NCBI GenBank assembly: GCA_043802485.1
Contig: JAZDKZ010000001.1
Coordinates: 75,257 to 139,256, forward strand
Direction: 5' to 3'
Source: Candidatus Aenigmatarchaeota archaeon
Lineage (GTDB): Archaea; Aenigmatarchaeota; Aenigmatarchaeia; Aenigmatarchaeales; Aenigmatarchaeaceae
Length of the DNA: 64,000 nt
The position numbers and the translations under genes were made by a program. The notes beneath the pieces are model-generated. The model had not been told where the DNA came from. It did no database searches and worked only from the letters and a program-made list of their open reading frames with translations. Shown one piece after another: positions 37,449 through 47,100 of the stretch (position 1 is the stretch's first letter; the number at the start of each line of letters is the position of its first letter).

Positions 37449-40400
37449 ATGAAGCTATTCGGTAAAAGATTAAAAGGAACTTCTGGCGTCGCTATCGGCG
37501 CAATGGTCGTGCTCACGCTCGCGTTTTTAGTTGCTAGCGTCAGCTATATGATGCCTGGTTTGGCTGCTCACCTCAACTCAGCTGAAATACAACCAGAATG
37601 GTCTCCATCGGGTGATACAATAGATTATAGTGTGGAGATATGTAATGTTCCTGACGGTGGAGATTCGATTGATGAAGTTAGAATTTATGAGACAACGGGT
37701 TATACTATAGTAACCGCAGATGACAAAACAGGATGGTATAAATCACCATACAACCCTGTTAAGAAATATTACCAATATACTGCTGAAGATTCTTCCTATT
37801 ATATTGATGAGGGGGAGTGTACTACTTTCTATTTTAGAGCTACAACACCATTAACACCTTATTGTGATTTGCAATGGAAGTTTGAAACAAGAGATGTGAA
37901 TGATGTTTGGAAATTTGCTTATGACTATACAAGCGTTGATGATATGGAACCCGTTATAATAAAAACTTTAGGTGAACCTAAAATAGAAAACGGAGAGACA
38001 TGGATAACTCAAGACACACAAATAAGGATTGAATTTTATGATCAAGGAACTTGTGGTGTAAGTGGCTTAGATTACTGTGATTATAGGTATGACATCGATG
38101 ATGATACATCGATGCTATGGACAAGAATTCAGTGGCAAAGAGTCCAGCTTGGTAGCCCGCCACACTATTTCTTCAACTTTACCTATAATGAAGACTCTCT
38201 GCATCATTTGGAGATAAGATGCTATGATGTAGCTGGTAACATGGCTTATCATGAACAAACTGAGAGAGTTGATGACACACCACCTGCAACAACAAAGGTT
38301 GTTAGTGAACCCAAGAAATTGGTTCCAATACCAGGAACACCATGGTTTGTTGAGTATGTTGACACAACAACAACAATTACTTTGAATGCTGTTGATGGCG
38401 GTCCAATCTGTGCAATAGACGTTGACAAGACTTGGTACAAGAATGAAGTTTACACAGAACAAGTTTTAGCATCAGTTACCAATGGAAATGGTGGTCCTCA
38501 CGGGTACGACTATTGTTATCATCCTGATTTGTACTGCAATGACAATTACTTGCCGATGCCTACACCATACGATGCTCAGGATCCTGGTTGTATAAATGCA
38601 GGGCAAGAATATTGTACTGAATTTTGGGATCAAGTAACAAATGGAGGACCTTATCCTAGCTGGGAAGCATGTGTAGAAGATTATGCCCACAAAAAATGTA
38701 GTGTTGATTCATCATGGAAACTTTATGATGGAACGCCAATAACAAAGGACGAAGAATCATGCCACATCCTATATTACTTCAGTATTGACCATCTAGGAAA
38801 CATGGAAAATATGCAATATAATTGTTTCTTTGTTGACAAGACACCACCAGTTGGAACAAAAGAAATAGGAATACCAAGGATACCAATACCAGACAACGAA
38901 TTCCAAACTATAGGTGAAGGGACTGCTGAATGGACAGACTCAAAATATTATTTTGGGAACTATTCTGTAAGATTATATGTTGTAGATGGTTCAAGTGACG
39001 TAGCTGCAGTTGAGTATGATGTTGACATAGCCTTGGAAGATATCGATGAATTATCATTCTGGCAAAAAATATCCAACACATATGGAGTTAATGTAATATT
39101 AGGGATAGATGCAGATGCAGATGGTACCTATGAATCTCTAGACAAGCCATGGCATTTCAGCCATGACCCAAATGATTTGGGAGATGACTCATTCATAGAA
39201 ATGGATGGAATGTATCTGAGTAGTGGAAGTTGGGAAGAAGTAAATGCTTTATCTATTTCACAATGGTGGACTCCAAATGACGATGGAAACGGTTTCTGTG
39301 CAGATTTTGGATGGAACTACTTGAGCGATATTCAATCAACAACTAGGTGTCGTGTGGAACCAACAGACAGAGTTAAAGTAATTAGGTTACTCATCGGTGG
39401 TTCAGGTACTTGGACAGACAAGGTTGCTTTTGTGGACGATATAACGTTGAACGGAGAAACAATTAGATTAGAACCACAAAATTATTGGGTAAGAGACGAT
39501 ACTTTAATAGCTGGAACACCAATAACATTGACTTGTGTAGACCCAGAACCACACCCATCAGGTGATGAAGAAGTTTGTTTCAGGGTTTCATATGATATTG
39601 AACCTTGGTTAACAACAGATTATTGTACTGATGTGAAAGGTACAATGCAAGGTGGATCAGATAATGATTGGTGTTGTGTAGATAATACTGCACAAATAGT
39701 CTTCCACGAAGACTCCTTGCATGATTTGGAATATTATTGTATAGATGCTGTTGATAAGCAAAGTGAAATTGATTTAGAATACTTTAGAGTTGATTCTCTA
39801 CCACCAATAATAACTAAAGAAATGATTGGCGAAGACCATCTAGGATATAGAGATGGTGTATTAAATGAAGATGCATGTCCACCAAAACCAGGACAGCCAG
39901 ATGAATGTTTTGTGAGAGATCATGAAGAGAATGGAGTAAGAATCATAGTTGCTGATGACATGACTTACCCAGAATGTGCTGTTGGTGACTTAGATTGTTA
40001 TTATGAACTTTGGTGGCAGACTGATTTGGATACGTGCATCAATGAGTTGGGTCCAGAGCACCTATACAACTTTGAAACAGATCAATGCTTTGTCGAAGGT
40101 GGCCAATTCGGAGAAGGAAAGGACATAATTTTCACAGAAGATTCGACGCATGAACTGTATATAGAATGTGAGGATGCACTCGGAAACTATGTTGAAGATA
40201 CTGAAATTTTCAAAGTTGATTCAACACCTCCGGAGACAGAAAAAACTTATGGAGAACCTTCAGAAGTTGATCCAACCTGTGAAAGTGAATGTATCAGCAC
40301 GTGTACAAACTCTCTATTAGATAATGAATGTTTAGAAGATTGCTTGCACGAACATTGCTTATGGTGGATTAGCTCTTCGACATTAATAACATTAACTCCT

Positions 40401-41741
40401 GGTGAGGATGAGAAAGTTGGTCTTGACGAGACGCAATATAGAGTAAGTGGTGCATTAGCAGACAGCTTCTGCCACAATTGTGCAAACTGGATGCAATTAT
40501 TGAGGCCAGACATGGGACCATGGCAAACATATGTAGATGGTCAACCATTCACAATACCACAAGAATCCTGTCACGTCATAGAATATAGAAGCGTTGACTT
40601 GCTAGGAAATCAGGAAGATATCAGGTGGCAGTGTGTATTCGTAGATAACACACCACCTGAAGTGAACAAAACAATAAGTGGTACACAAGAAGAATGGGAA
40701 GGAGACGATACATTCTATGAAAACTTAATAGCAAGATGTGCTGCAGGCGATATAGAATGTTGGAAGGTGACTTTAGGAACTACACTATCATTAGAATGTA
40801 GCGAACCGACTCACTCTGGTGACAGAAATGATATGTGTTTCAGATTAGAGTTGGATGGAGAACTTGAAACAGAGAAATATTGTGTTTGGTATGGAGGAAT
40901 TGGAGTAAATGAAGATGATGACGAATATGATGAATGGTGTTGTTTAGATGGAGGAATAGAAGAATTCCATTTCCTTGAAGAATCACAGCACGACTTGGAA
41001 GTAAAGTGTATAGACCCACTATACGAGAGCGCGATTGACGAGGAGAAGTTCAAAGTTGAGGGATGCCCATTCGATATATGTCTGAACAAGAAATGGAACC
41101 TAATATCAGTGCCATTTGTATTGTTCAATAGTGATCCAGATGTGGTATTTAATGAAGTAAAAGGAGACATAGCCTCGGTTTGGACATACGATCCTTCACA
41201 ATGCCCGAGCGATGGTTGGTGTGTTTGGACACCAGATGGAAGCGGAAACTTAAATAATATCAGACCCGGTTGGGGATATTGGGTACTTTCCAAAGAAGAT
41301 CAAGTATGTTTTGAGATAGCAGGAAGTTTGATGAGCCCAACGGAGGTCCCACCTTCAAGAACATTACAATCGGGATGGAATTTGATAGGTTATTACGGAA
41401 ATACAGGATTGAATGAAGATAAATGGTGGTTTGAATGTGGTGACGATTTGGATCAGTGCTACATCGCAAGTAGACCAGTTTACTGCGCGCTGAACTCATT
41501 GGTTGACACACATATAGGCTTCCCGAGATGGAGTTCATTATATGCATACAATAACTACGGAAACGATGATGCAGGATGGGATCCGATGGATGCATGCGTA
41601 GGTGGATTTTGGAATACAGAATATATGAATCCAGGTCAAGGATACTGGATAGAAATGGACGTTTCAGATGGCTATGCACCAGCTACTAACTGTATTTGGA
41701 ACAGTGACTTAAAGTGTGTACTTGAATGGCCTGGGGCTTAA
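37449..41741 (+). CDS. Giant secreted acidic, Cys-rich surface protein with six Ig-like VDxxPP repeats
   Basis: Signal/TM N-terminus; repeats begin VDDMEP, VDDTPP, VDKTPP, VDSLPP, VDSTPP, VDNTPP; C-terminal WNLIS..GWGYW..GWNLIG..GQGYW module. Confidence 0.8.
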   Translation: MKLFGKRLKGTSGVAIGAMVVLTLAFLVASVSYMMPGLAAHLNSAEIQPEWSPSGDTIDYSVEICNVPDGGDSIDEVRIYETTGYTIVTADDKTGWYKSPYNPVKKYYQYTAEDSSYYIDEGECTTFYFRATTPLTPYCDLQWKFETRDVNDVWKFAYDYTSVDDMEPVIIKTLGEPKIENGETWITQDTQIRIEFYDQGTCGVSGLDYCDYRYDIDDDTSMLWTRIQWQRVQLGSPPHYFFNFTYNEDSLHHLEIRCYDVAGNMAYHEQTERVDDTPPATTKVVSEPKKLVPIPGTPWFVEYVDTTTTITLNAVDGGPICAIDVDKTWYKNEVYTEQVLASVTNGNGGPHGYDYCYHPDLYCNDNYLPMPTPYDAQDPGCINAGQEYCTEFWDQVTNGGPYPSWEACVEDYAHKKCSVDSSWKLYDGTPITKDEESCHILYYFSIDHLGNMENMQYNCFFVDKTPPVGTKEIGIPRIPIPDNEFQTIGEGTAEWTDSKYYFGNYSVRLYVVDGSSDVAAVEYDVDIALEDIDELSFWQKISNTYGVNVILGIDADADGTYESLDKPWHFSHDPNDLGDDSFIEMDGMYLSSGSWEEVNALSISQWWTPNDDGNGFCADFGWNYLSDIQSTTRCRVEPTDRVKVIRLLIGGSGTWTDKVAFVDDITLNGETIRLEPQNYWVRDDTLIAGTPITLTCVDPEPHPSGDEEVCFRVSYDIEPWLTTDYCTDVKGTMQGGSDNDWCCVDNTAQIVFHEDSLHDLEYYCIDAVDKQSEIDLEYFRVDSLPPIITKEMIGEDHLGYRDGVLNEDACPPKPGQPDECFVRDHEENGVRIIVADDMTYPECAVGDLDCYYELWWQTDLDTCINELGPEHLYNFETDQCFVEGGQFGEGKDIIFTEDSTHELYIECEDALGNYVEDTEIFKVDSTPPETEKTYGEPSEVDPTCESECISTCTNSLLDNECLEDCLHEHCLWWISSSTLITLTPGEDEKVGLDETQYRVSGALADSFCHNCANWMQLLRPDMGPWQTYVDGQPFTIPQESCHVIEYRSVDLLGNQEDIRWQCVFVDNTPPEVNKTISGTQEEWEGDDTFYENLIARCAAGDIECWKVTLGTTLSLECSEPTHSGDRNDMCFRLELDGELETEKYCVWYGGIGVNEDDDEYDEWCCLDGGIEEFHFLEESQHDLEVKCIDPLYESAIDEEKFKVEGCPFDICLNKKWNLISVPFVLFNSDPDVVFNEVKGDIASVWTYDPSQCPSDGWCVWTPDGSGNLNNIRPGWGYWVLSKEDQVCFEIAGSLMSPTEVPPSRTLQSGWNLIGYYGNTGLNEDKWWFECGDDLDQCYIASRPVYCALNSLVDTHIGFPRWSSLYAYNNYGNDDAGWDPMDACVGGFWNTEYMNPGQGYWIEMDVSDGYAPATNCIWNSDLKCVLEWPGA

Positions 41742-41831
41742 TTTTTTACCCCGACTTTTATTTTTTTGATTTATAACCATAAACAAAGAACGTTTAAATA
41801 GTTTTTTGTTTAATTATTGCTGTTGAGTAAA

Positions 41832-42614
41832 ATGAATATTAAATTTTTAACAACGATGATTATTGCTCTAATGCTTTTTGCTAATATTGTTTTAGCAATA
41901 CCAGCTATGTCACACAAGTTCTATGGAACCGTTACTATAAATGGTCAGCCAGCTCCTGATGGAACAACAGTCACAGCAAAAATAAATGGTGTAGATGTAT
42001 CAAGCACAACGACTTCTGGAGGTAATTATGGGGATGACTATTCTTTCGGAGTGCCTGACCCAGACGGAATTAGAGTTGGAAGCGAAATAAGGCTTTTTGT
42101 AAATAATGTTTATAGTGGTGTTTCAGCGGTATTTTGCAATGCTTGCTATAATCTTTGTGGTACTGATTCAGTAGGTTGTGCACCATTGAATTTGGCTGTT
42201 ACAATCCCGACAACCACAGGTGGCGCTTCGCCTTCAGGCGGAGGAGCATCCACAACAACAAGCACGACCGGAACAACTGGAACCACAGAAACAACCAGCG
42301 CAATCACTGAGACAGGTTGCCAGGAGAAATGGACCTGTTCGAATTGGGGCGAGTGTGTAAACGGCATCCAGGCAAGAACCTGTGAGGACGAGAACGCCTG
42401 CGGAACCAACAGCAGGGAGCCTTTTGCGAGCCAACCATGCTCAGCAGAGGAAAGAAAGGAAGCGGAAGCATCTGCAGGGCCAATAGGATTCTTTTTGCTG
42501 TCATCAACCGACTTGGCAGTTGCCGCAGCGGTCGGAGCTGTGGCCTCGGCAGTGATCATATTCTTGATAATGAGAAGAAAACCCAAGCCAGTGCCTGTAG
42601 TTGTAGTTGGTTAG
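41832..42614 (+). CDS. Surface protein with Thr-rich linker, CxxxWxCxxWxxC module and C-terminal TM anchor
   Basis: Signal peptide, FYGTVTINGQPAPDGT, CQEKWTCSNWGEC, TM followed by RRK. Confidence 0.78.
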   Translation: MNIKFLTTMIIALMLFANIVLAIPAMSHKFYGTVTINGQPAPDGTTVTAKINGVDVSSTTTSGGNYGDDYSFGVPDPDGIRVGSEIRLFVNNVYSGVSAVFCNACYNLCGTDSVGCAPLNLAVTIPTTTGGASPSGGGASTTTSTTGTTGTTETTSAITETGCQEKWTCSNWGECVNGIQARTCEDENACGTNSREPFASQPCSAEERKEAEASAGPIGFFLLSSTDLAVAAAVGAVASAVIIFLIMRRKPKPVPVVVVG

Positions 42615-42640
42615 CACTACTAGTTAAGGATAAAAAGCTA

Positions 42641-42665
42641 GTCAAGTATTTATTGCTTTCTGTTC
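42641..42665 (+). repeat. 25-bp direct repeat, copy 1 (contains TATA-like TATTTAT)
   Basis: GTCAAGTATTTATTGCTTTCTGTTC, identical at 44851-44875. Confidence 0.9.
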
Positions 42666-42678
42666 TAATAGAAGTAGC

Positions 42679-43431
42679 ATGTCCAAAAAAGTGAAATTTT
42701 TAATAATAATGTTACTCTCAATAGCAATCTCTGCTGTAGCAGCCCAAGCCATGATCAATTTCCCTGACTTTAAGGTCTTCCCGATGATATATGACGAGAG
42801 CATGCCTGGCAAGCTGCTGGACAAGCTTGCTGACATAGACAGGCTGTCCTTTGTCGAGCTGGCGCAGCACGGCTACGCGCACAAGACGAACGAGACGCTC
42901 CTGGAGGTGATGCAGGGCTACGGCATACTAAAGTACAACTGCTCCCTTGACATAAAGTACTACATACCTCCTTTTGACGACCTTCCCGACTATCCTATCC
43001 CTGAGAAACTGTTCTACATACCGAAAAAGACCGATGGTTTGTACTATCAAAAAGAGAGGATGGACTATGGCGAAAACAATGTGGACGGAGGAATGACCAT
43101 GGCCATCCACATACAGGACCCGATAACGTCCGAATGGCTGGACTTTATAACAGAGGGCAGGACTATAGACTATCTCCGCGTCGATGACATAAACACGGAC
43201 ATTGTGGATGTGGACACGCAGATCAACAAAATATACACCATGATAACATTCTGCGGCAGGAATAACTGCACCCTTGTGATGGCAGTGATACCGGTTGTTC
43301 CCAGGCTCTACAAGTCTGACCAGAGCTATCTGTTCTACAACAAGGCGATGATAGCCCTTGGCGTATTGCTCATACTTCCCATATACCTGTTCTATTTCCT
43401 GAGCTATTACCTGAGGCGGTGGGTCGAATGA
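42679..43431 (+). CDS. Membrane-anchored polysaccharide deacetylase-like protein (NodB/DUF2334-like), permuted motif order
   Basis: ELAQHGYAH, YYIPP, AIH, YLRVDD, AVIP; hydrophobic segments at both ends. Confidence 0.65.
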   Translation: MSKKVKFLIIMLLSIAISAVAAQAMINFPDFKVFPMIYDESMPGKLLDKLADIDRLSFVELAQHGYAHKTNETLLEVMQGYGILKYNCSLDIKYYIPPFDDLPDYPIPEKLFYIPKKTDGLYYQKERMDYGENNVDGGMTMAIHIQDPITSEWLDFITEGRTIDYLRVDDINTDIVDVDTQINKIYTMITFCGRNNCTLVMAVIPVVPRLYKSDQSYLFYNKAMIALGVLLILPIYLFYFLSYYLRRWVE

Positions 43432-44474
43432 ACAAAGTGTCAACCATCATAATACCTGTCTACAACGAGGAGGGCGTCATAGCAGAGACGCTGATGAAGA
43501 ACGCAGCAGCTTTCGAGAAAATGCGAAGCAGCATCCAGGAGATAATTGTTGTTGATGACGGGTCGATAGACAACTCGAAAAGGGAGATAAATAATTTCAT
43601 AAGGAACTACAAGGGCAGGCTGAAGATAAGGCTTGTCCCGCACACCACGAACATGGGAAAGGCCCAGGCCCTTAACACAGGCATAAGGCATGCCAAGGGC
43701 GATTACGTGCTGCTTTCCGACTCTGACTCATGGATGGACAAGGACACCCCTGAAAAGATCATCCTTGAGATGGCAGAGTCAGGAGCCTCGTGCATTGTCG
43801 GCCATGTCGTGCCTGCGCAGAACACCCTGCTCACCAGGCTGCAGAAGATGGAGTACGACTTTGACCAGAAGATAATCAGGACAGTGCAGTCCATCTACAC
43901 CAACGTCATATCCATACCAGGCCCGCTCTACTTTACCAAGAAGAGCATAGTTGAAAAGATAAAGTTCGACAAGTACAGCATCGTGGAGGACTTTAAGATA
44001 GGCATAGAGATGAACAGGAAAGACCAGAGGATATTGCCTTCTGACGCCATCGTCTACTCCTATTCGCCCACAAAATTATCACAGCTGAGAAAGCAGAGGC
44101 TGAGATGGTTCGGCGGCATACTCAAAGAGTCCATAGTCAACAGGGCAGTCTGGAAAAAGAACCCGTTCTACCTTTTCAATGTCATAATGTGCTTTGCATC
44201 CTTCCTTTTCACCATAGCAACAATGGCGCTGTTCAGCCTCATGATTTATTTTGCGACCAATCCGGCCAACCTCATGGTGAACTTTTTCATATTCTTCCTT
44301 TTCTTCTGCTTTGCCATATCCGGCATGTACGCCTTTGCCGTGAGAAAGTTCGAGCTGGACGCCTTCATAGCCTTCCCCATGTACCTGACCTTCCTTTTCC
44401 TGATCAGGACAGAGGTGGTGATAAAGGTGGTTCTGGGAAGGAAGTTCACCTGGGGCACCAGGGAATACCGCTAG
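43428..44474 (+). CDS. Processive GT2 glycosyltransferase (PgaC/IcaA/cellulose synthase-like)
   Basis: IPVYNE, DDGS, GKAQALN, DSD, VED, QRLRW; C-terminal TMs. Confidence 0.9.
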   Translation: MNKVSTIIIPVYNEEGVIAETLMKNAAAFEKMRSSIQEIIVVDDGSIDNSKREINNFIRNYKGRLKIRLVPHTTNMGKAQALNTGIRHAKGDYVLLSDSDSWMDKDTPEKIILEMAESGASCIVGHVVPAQNTLLTRLQKMEYDFDQKIIRTVQSIYTNVISIPGPLYFTKKSIVEKIKFDKYSIVEDFKIGIEMNRKDQRILPSDAIVYSYSPTKLSQLRKQRLRWFGGILKESIVNRAVWKKNPFYLFNVIMCFASFLFTIATMALFSLMIYFATNPANLMVNFFIFFLFFCFAISGMYAFAVRKFELDAFIAFPMYLTFLFLIRTEVVIKVVLGRKFTWGTREYR

Positions 44475-44797
44475 CACTTTTCAGAATAGGTGTTGGTCAT
44501 GACACTCACAAGGTCTGGCAGCATCTCTAGGCTTTTGGCAATGCTTAACTTCAGGACATCCTTGAAGACGTCATAGAAAATGACAAGCTGCTGGTTGAGC
44601 ATGTCCGAGACCCCAAAGTCCTGCATCAGCTTTAACACATCTATTCTAACGGTCTGGTTGAGGGTGATGTTGGGCATGTTTGTGGCATTGATCGCTATCT
44701 TGGGTATCATTATGGTCAGGTTGCCGACGGTTATGTTGACTGCAAGCACGGGCGTCACAGAAAGCAGGAAAATAGCCGCCATTATGAGCATTTTCAT
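44471..44797 (-). CDS. Small secreted protein
   Basis: Signal peptide ending PVLA; several N-x-T sequons. Confidence 0.6.
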   Translation of the reverse strand: MKMLIMAAIFLLSVTPVLAVNITVGNLTIMIPKIAINATNMPNITLNQTVRIDVLKLMQDFGVSDMLNQQLVIFYDVFKDVLKLSIAKSLEMLPDLVSVMTNTYSEKC

Positions 44798-44850
44798 GAG
44801 AATAGATATTTTCGCCAAGCTTATATAGATATATTTCCTACGTGCCAGTG

Positions 44851-44875
44851 GTCAAGTATTTATTGCTTTCTGTTC
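44851..44875 (+). repeat. 25-bp direct repeat, copy 2
   Basis: Identical to 42641-42665. Confidence 0.9.
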
Positions 44876-44886
44876 AATAAAAGCCT

Positions 44887-45312
44887 ATGAATAAGATTTC
44901 CCTTAGGCTTATCGAGCCCATAGACGAGAACAATGATGTTGACATAATAGCAAGATTCATGCCTGAGATTGGGTCGATATGCTCCAATCAGACAAGGGCA
45001 GGCATAATCCACCTCATGATAAACACGCCCCAGACCATGCATTCCTTGAAGGTCGAGGAGATTTGCTTTAAACTGGGCATAAGGCAGTCTGTGGCAATCC
45101 ATCATCTGGAGAGGCTGGAGGACTGGAAATTGGTTGAAGTTAAAAAAAACCAGTCGTACGGCAACAGAACCAGGAGAAGCATATGGGGTCTTAATCTTAA
45201 GCATCCTACCTGGATATCTGAATGCTATAAAAGTGTAAGGGCTCACTTCTTTTCCGAGAACGAGCTGGACAGCGTAACCAATGTCAACAAGAGCCTGAGA
45301 TTCTGCAGCTAG
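44887..45312 (+). CDS. ArsR-like winged-HTH transcription regulator
   Basis: NQTRAGII, VEEICFKLGIRQSVAIHHLERLEDWKLV. Confidence 0.75.
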   Translation: MNKISLRLIEPIDENNDVDIIARFMPEIGSICSNQTRAGIIHLMINTPQTMHSLKVEEICFKLGIRQSVAIHHLERLEDWKLVEVKKNQSYGNRTRRSIWGLNLKHPTWISECYKSVRAHFFSENELDSVTNVNKSLRFCS

Positions 45313-45506
45313 AAAAGAATTTTGCAGCATTTTTCTGCAATATCAAAAATCCTTGTATGACTGATTGTCTTATCTTTGTACAACAAAATCCGAATAACTA
45401 TTTAAAGGAATGATGTTATGTAGCATTAATGTAATAATTCTGTACTAGTTTTGTGCGTAATTTGTCTCAACACCTCTTAAATACTTTTTTTCATTCATTC
45501 TGTTTA

Positions 45507-45624
45507 TGCTTAACTTTCTAAAAGTTAGAGCGCCGAGGAGGGGCGCTATAACAAGCCGAGGTTCACCGCAAAGCTTGGGCTTTCCTAGGGGAGCAAAATA
45601 CCCAAAATATTATGGTGAAAAAAT
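45507..45624 (+). promoter_or_regulatory. Putative structured 5' leader
   Basis: Three to four hairpins in a GC-rich patch between a TATA-like CTTAAATA and the SD of the 45625 gene. Confidence 0.45.
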
Positions 45625-46179
45625 ATGAATAAAATAATCGCAGCACTAGTTGGTTTGATGATGTTGGCAACACCTGTTTTAGCATGTCATGGACCTCAAT
45701 GTTTACCAGACGACGCAACAATATCAACATTCTTCTTCGGAAGCGGAAGGAATGTATGGTTTAATGATGTAGTCGGTGTAGACGAAAGAGTTGACGACGA
45801 TTATGTGGTTGAAGACATGTGGACAATGAAGGGAGACATGACTGTTGTTCAAAACGTAAACATTGACTTGCACGGATTTTCATCTGCAGAAGTAATAATG
45901 AACAAAGAAGCATGGATAAACCCAGCATACCACTACAGTGCAAACGTAGAGAAGGAAGTAGTCTGGGATGAAGAAGGAGAAGTCTACAGAGAAGCGATAA
46001 CTGGTGGTGTATATAGCATATTTAGCGCAGGTGCTGATGAGGGAATTGTACAGGATGACATCAGAAGCGAAGCAAATCTATACATATTCCAGTCTGTAGG
46101 TTTGAACACAGGAACAAGATGTGAATACCCAAGCATGCCAGGTTTACCAGAAGGGCCAACCTGTTCATGGTGCCAGTAA
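45625..46179 (+). CDS. Secreted hypothetical beta-rich protein
   Basis: Signal peptide ending PVLA; SD GGTGA. Confidence 0.75.
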   Translation: MNKIIAALVGLMMLATPVLACHGPQCLPDDATISTFFFGSGRNVWFNDVVGVDERVDDDYVVEDMWTMKGDMTVVQNVNIDLHGFSSAEVIMNKEAWINPAYHYSANVEKEVVWDEEGEVYREAITGGVYSIFSAGADEGIVQDDIRSEANLYIFQSVGLNTGTRCEYPSMPGLPEGPTCSWCQ

Positions 46180-46277
46180 TATAATGAACCAACCTTTATT
46201 TTTTTCTTTCCTTTTATTTTTCAAGGAGAAACGGAAAGCATTTAAAGCTTTATAATTAACTACAAGATGGTAACAAA

Positions 46278-47096
46278 ATGAAGACAATAAGTTTGACAAC
46301 GATTTTGATGATTATTCTATTCAGCACTGTGGCGTTCGCCACATCTGTTAACACAGACTATGAGGGAATGGGCGACTTTTACATGGAGACAACAATCATA
46401 TCCCCTGTAGCGCCAGACATAACCGACACAGTCGATATCAACACAGGATGTGATGGTGGTTGCTGCTGCTGCCCAGACTGCTTTGGCGAGTACTCTGGCA
46501 ACCAGTACATGACAAACAACCCGTTCTCCGCATCCGTTCATACTGCCGAAGTTACAGAGGGCTGTGTTGTCATAGAGCAGTACTATACTGATTACATCGA
46601 CGGCCATACCATAGAGAGCTACTATTATACTTACTTTAATGGGACAGGAACTGCAGAATCATACATATATGTTGTTCCAGGATTAGCTGAGAGCTACCAA
46701 CTGGCAAACGGAACCGGTTCGTCCTATGTTTCATTCAGCCAGATAGCCTACATAGGAACTGAGTTTGATTTCTCAACAACATACGGCGGAGCCGTGTGGC
46801 TCTGCGCACCAGGCTATGCCGGTCTGTACAACCAGTACTATTACAGCGGCGGCCAGATATACTACAACAGTGAGATGGGGCTGTACTGCTCGCCCACAGA
46901 TGGGAGCAGCATGGATAACTTCCTGTTCGCCTCAGCCACAGACCACTTTAGTCTGAATAGCCAATTGGAAATTGGCGACATTGAAAGTACCCAGAATGTT
47001 GGTGTGGGCGAAGGAGAGGCAGAGTACGGCTTTACAGCCATTTTTTACGACATGTTTGATGATCTTTATTTCGGTTTCGAGATGGAGTTAGGGTGA
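46278..47096 (+). CDS. Secreted acidic, Tyr-rich protein with CDGGCCCCPDC cluster
   Basis: Signal peptide ending AFA. Confidence 0.75.
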   Translation: MKTISLTTILMIILFSTVAFATSVNTDYEGMGDFYMETTIISPVAPDITDTVDINTGCDGGCCCCPDCFGEYSGNQYMTNNPFSASVHTAEVTEGCVVIEQYYTDYIDGHTIESYYYTYFNGTGTAESYIYVVPGLAESYQLANGTGSSYVSFSQIAYIGTEFDFSTTYGGAVWLCAPGYAGLYNQYYYSGGQIYYNSEMGLYCSPTDGSSMDNFLFASATDHFSLNSQLEIGDIESTQNVGVGEGEAEYGFTAIFYDMFDDLYFGFEMELG

Positions 47097-47100
47097 AAAA

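Noticed and set aside
37449..37520. Class III (prepilin) signal on the giant protein
   Set aside because: KG/TS does not fit the usual +1 residue; an ordinary Sec signal or anchor is sufficient.
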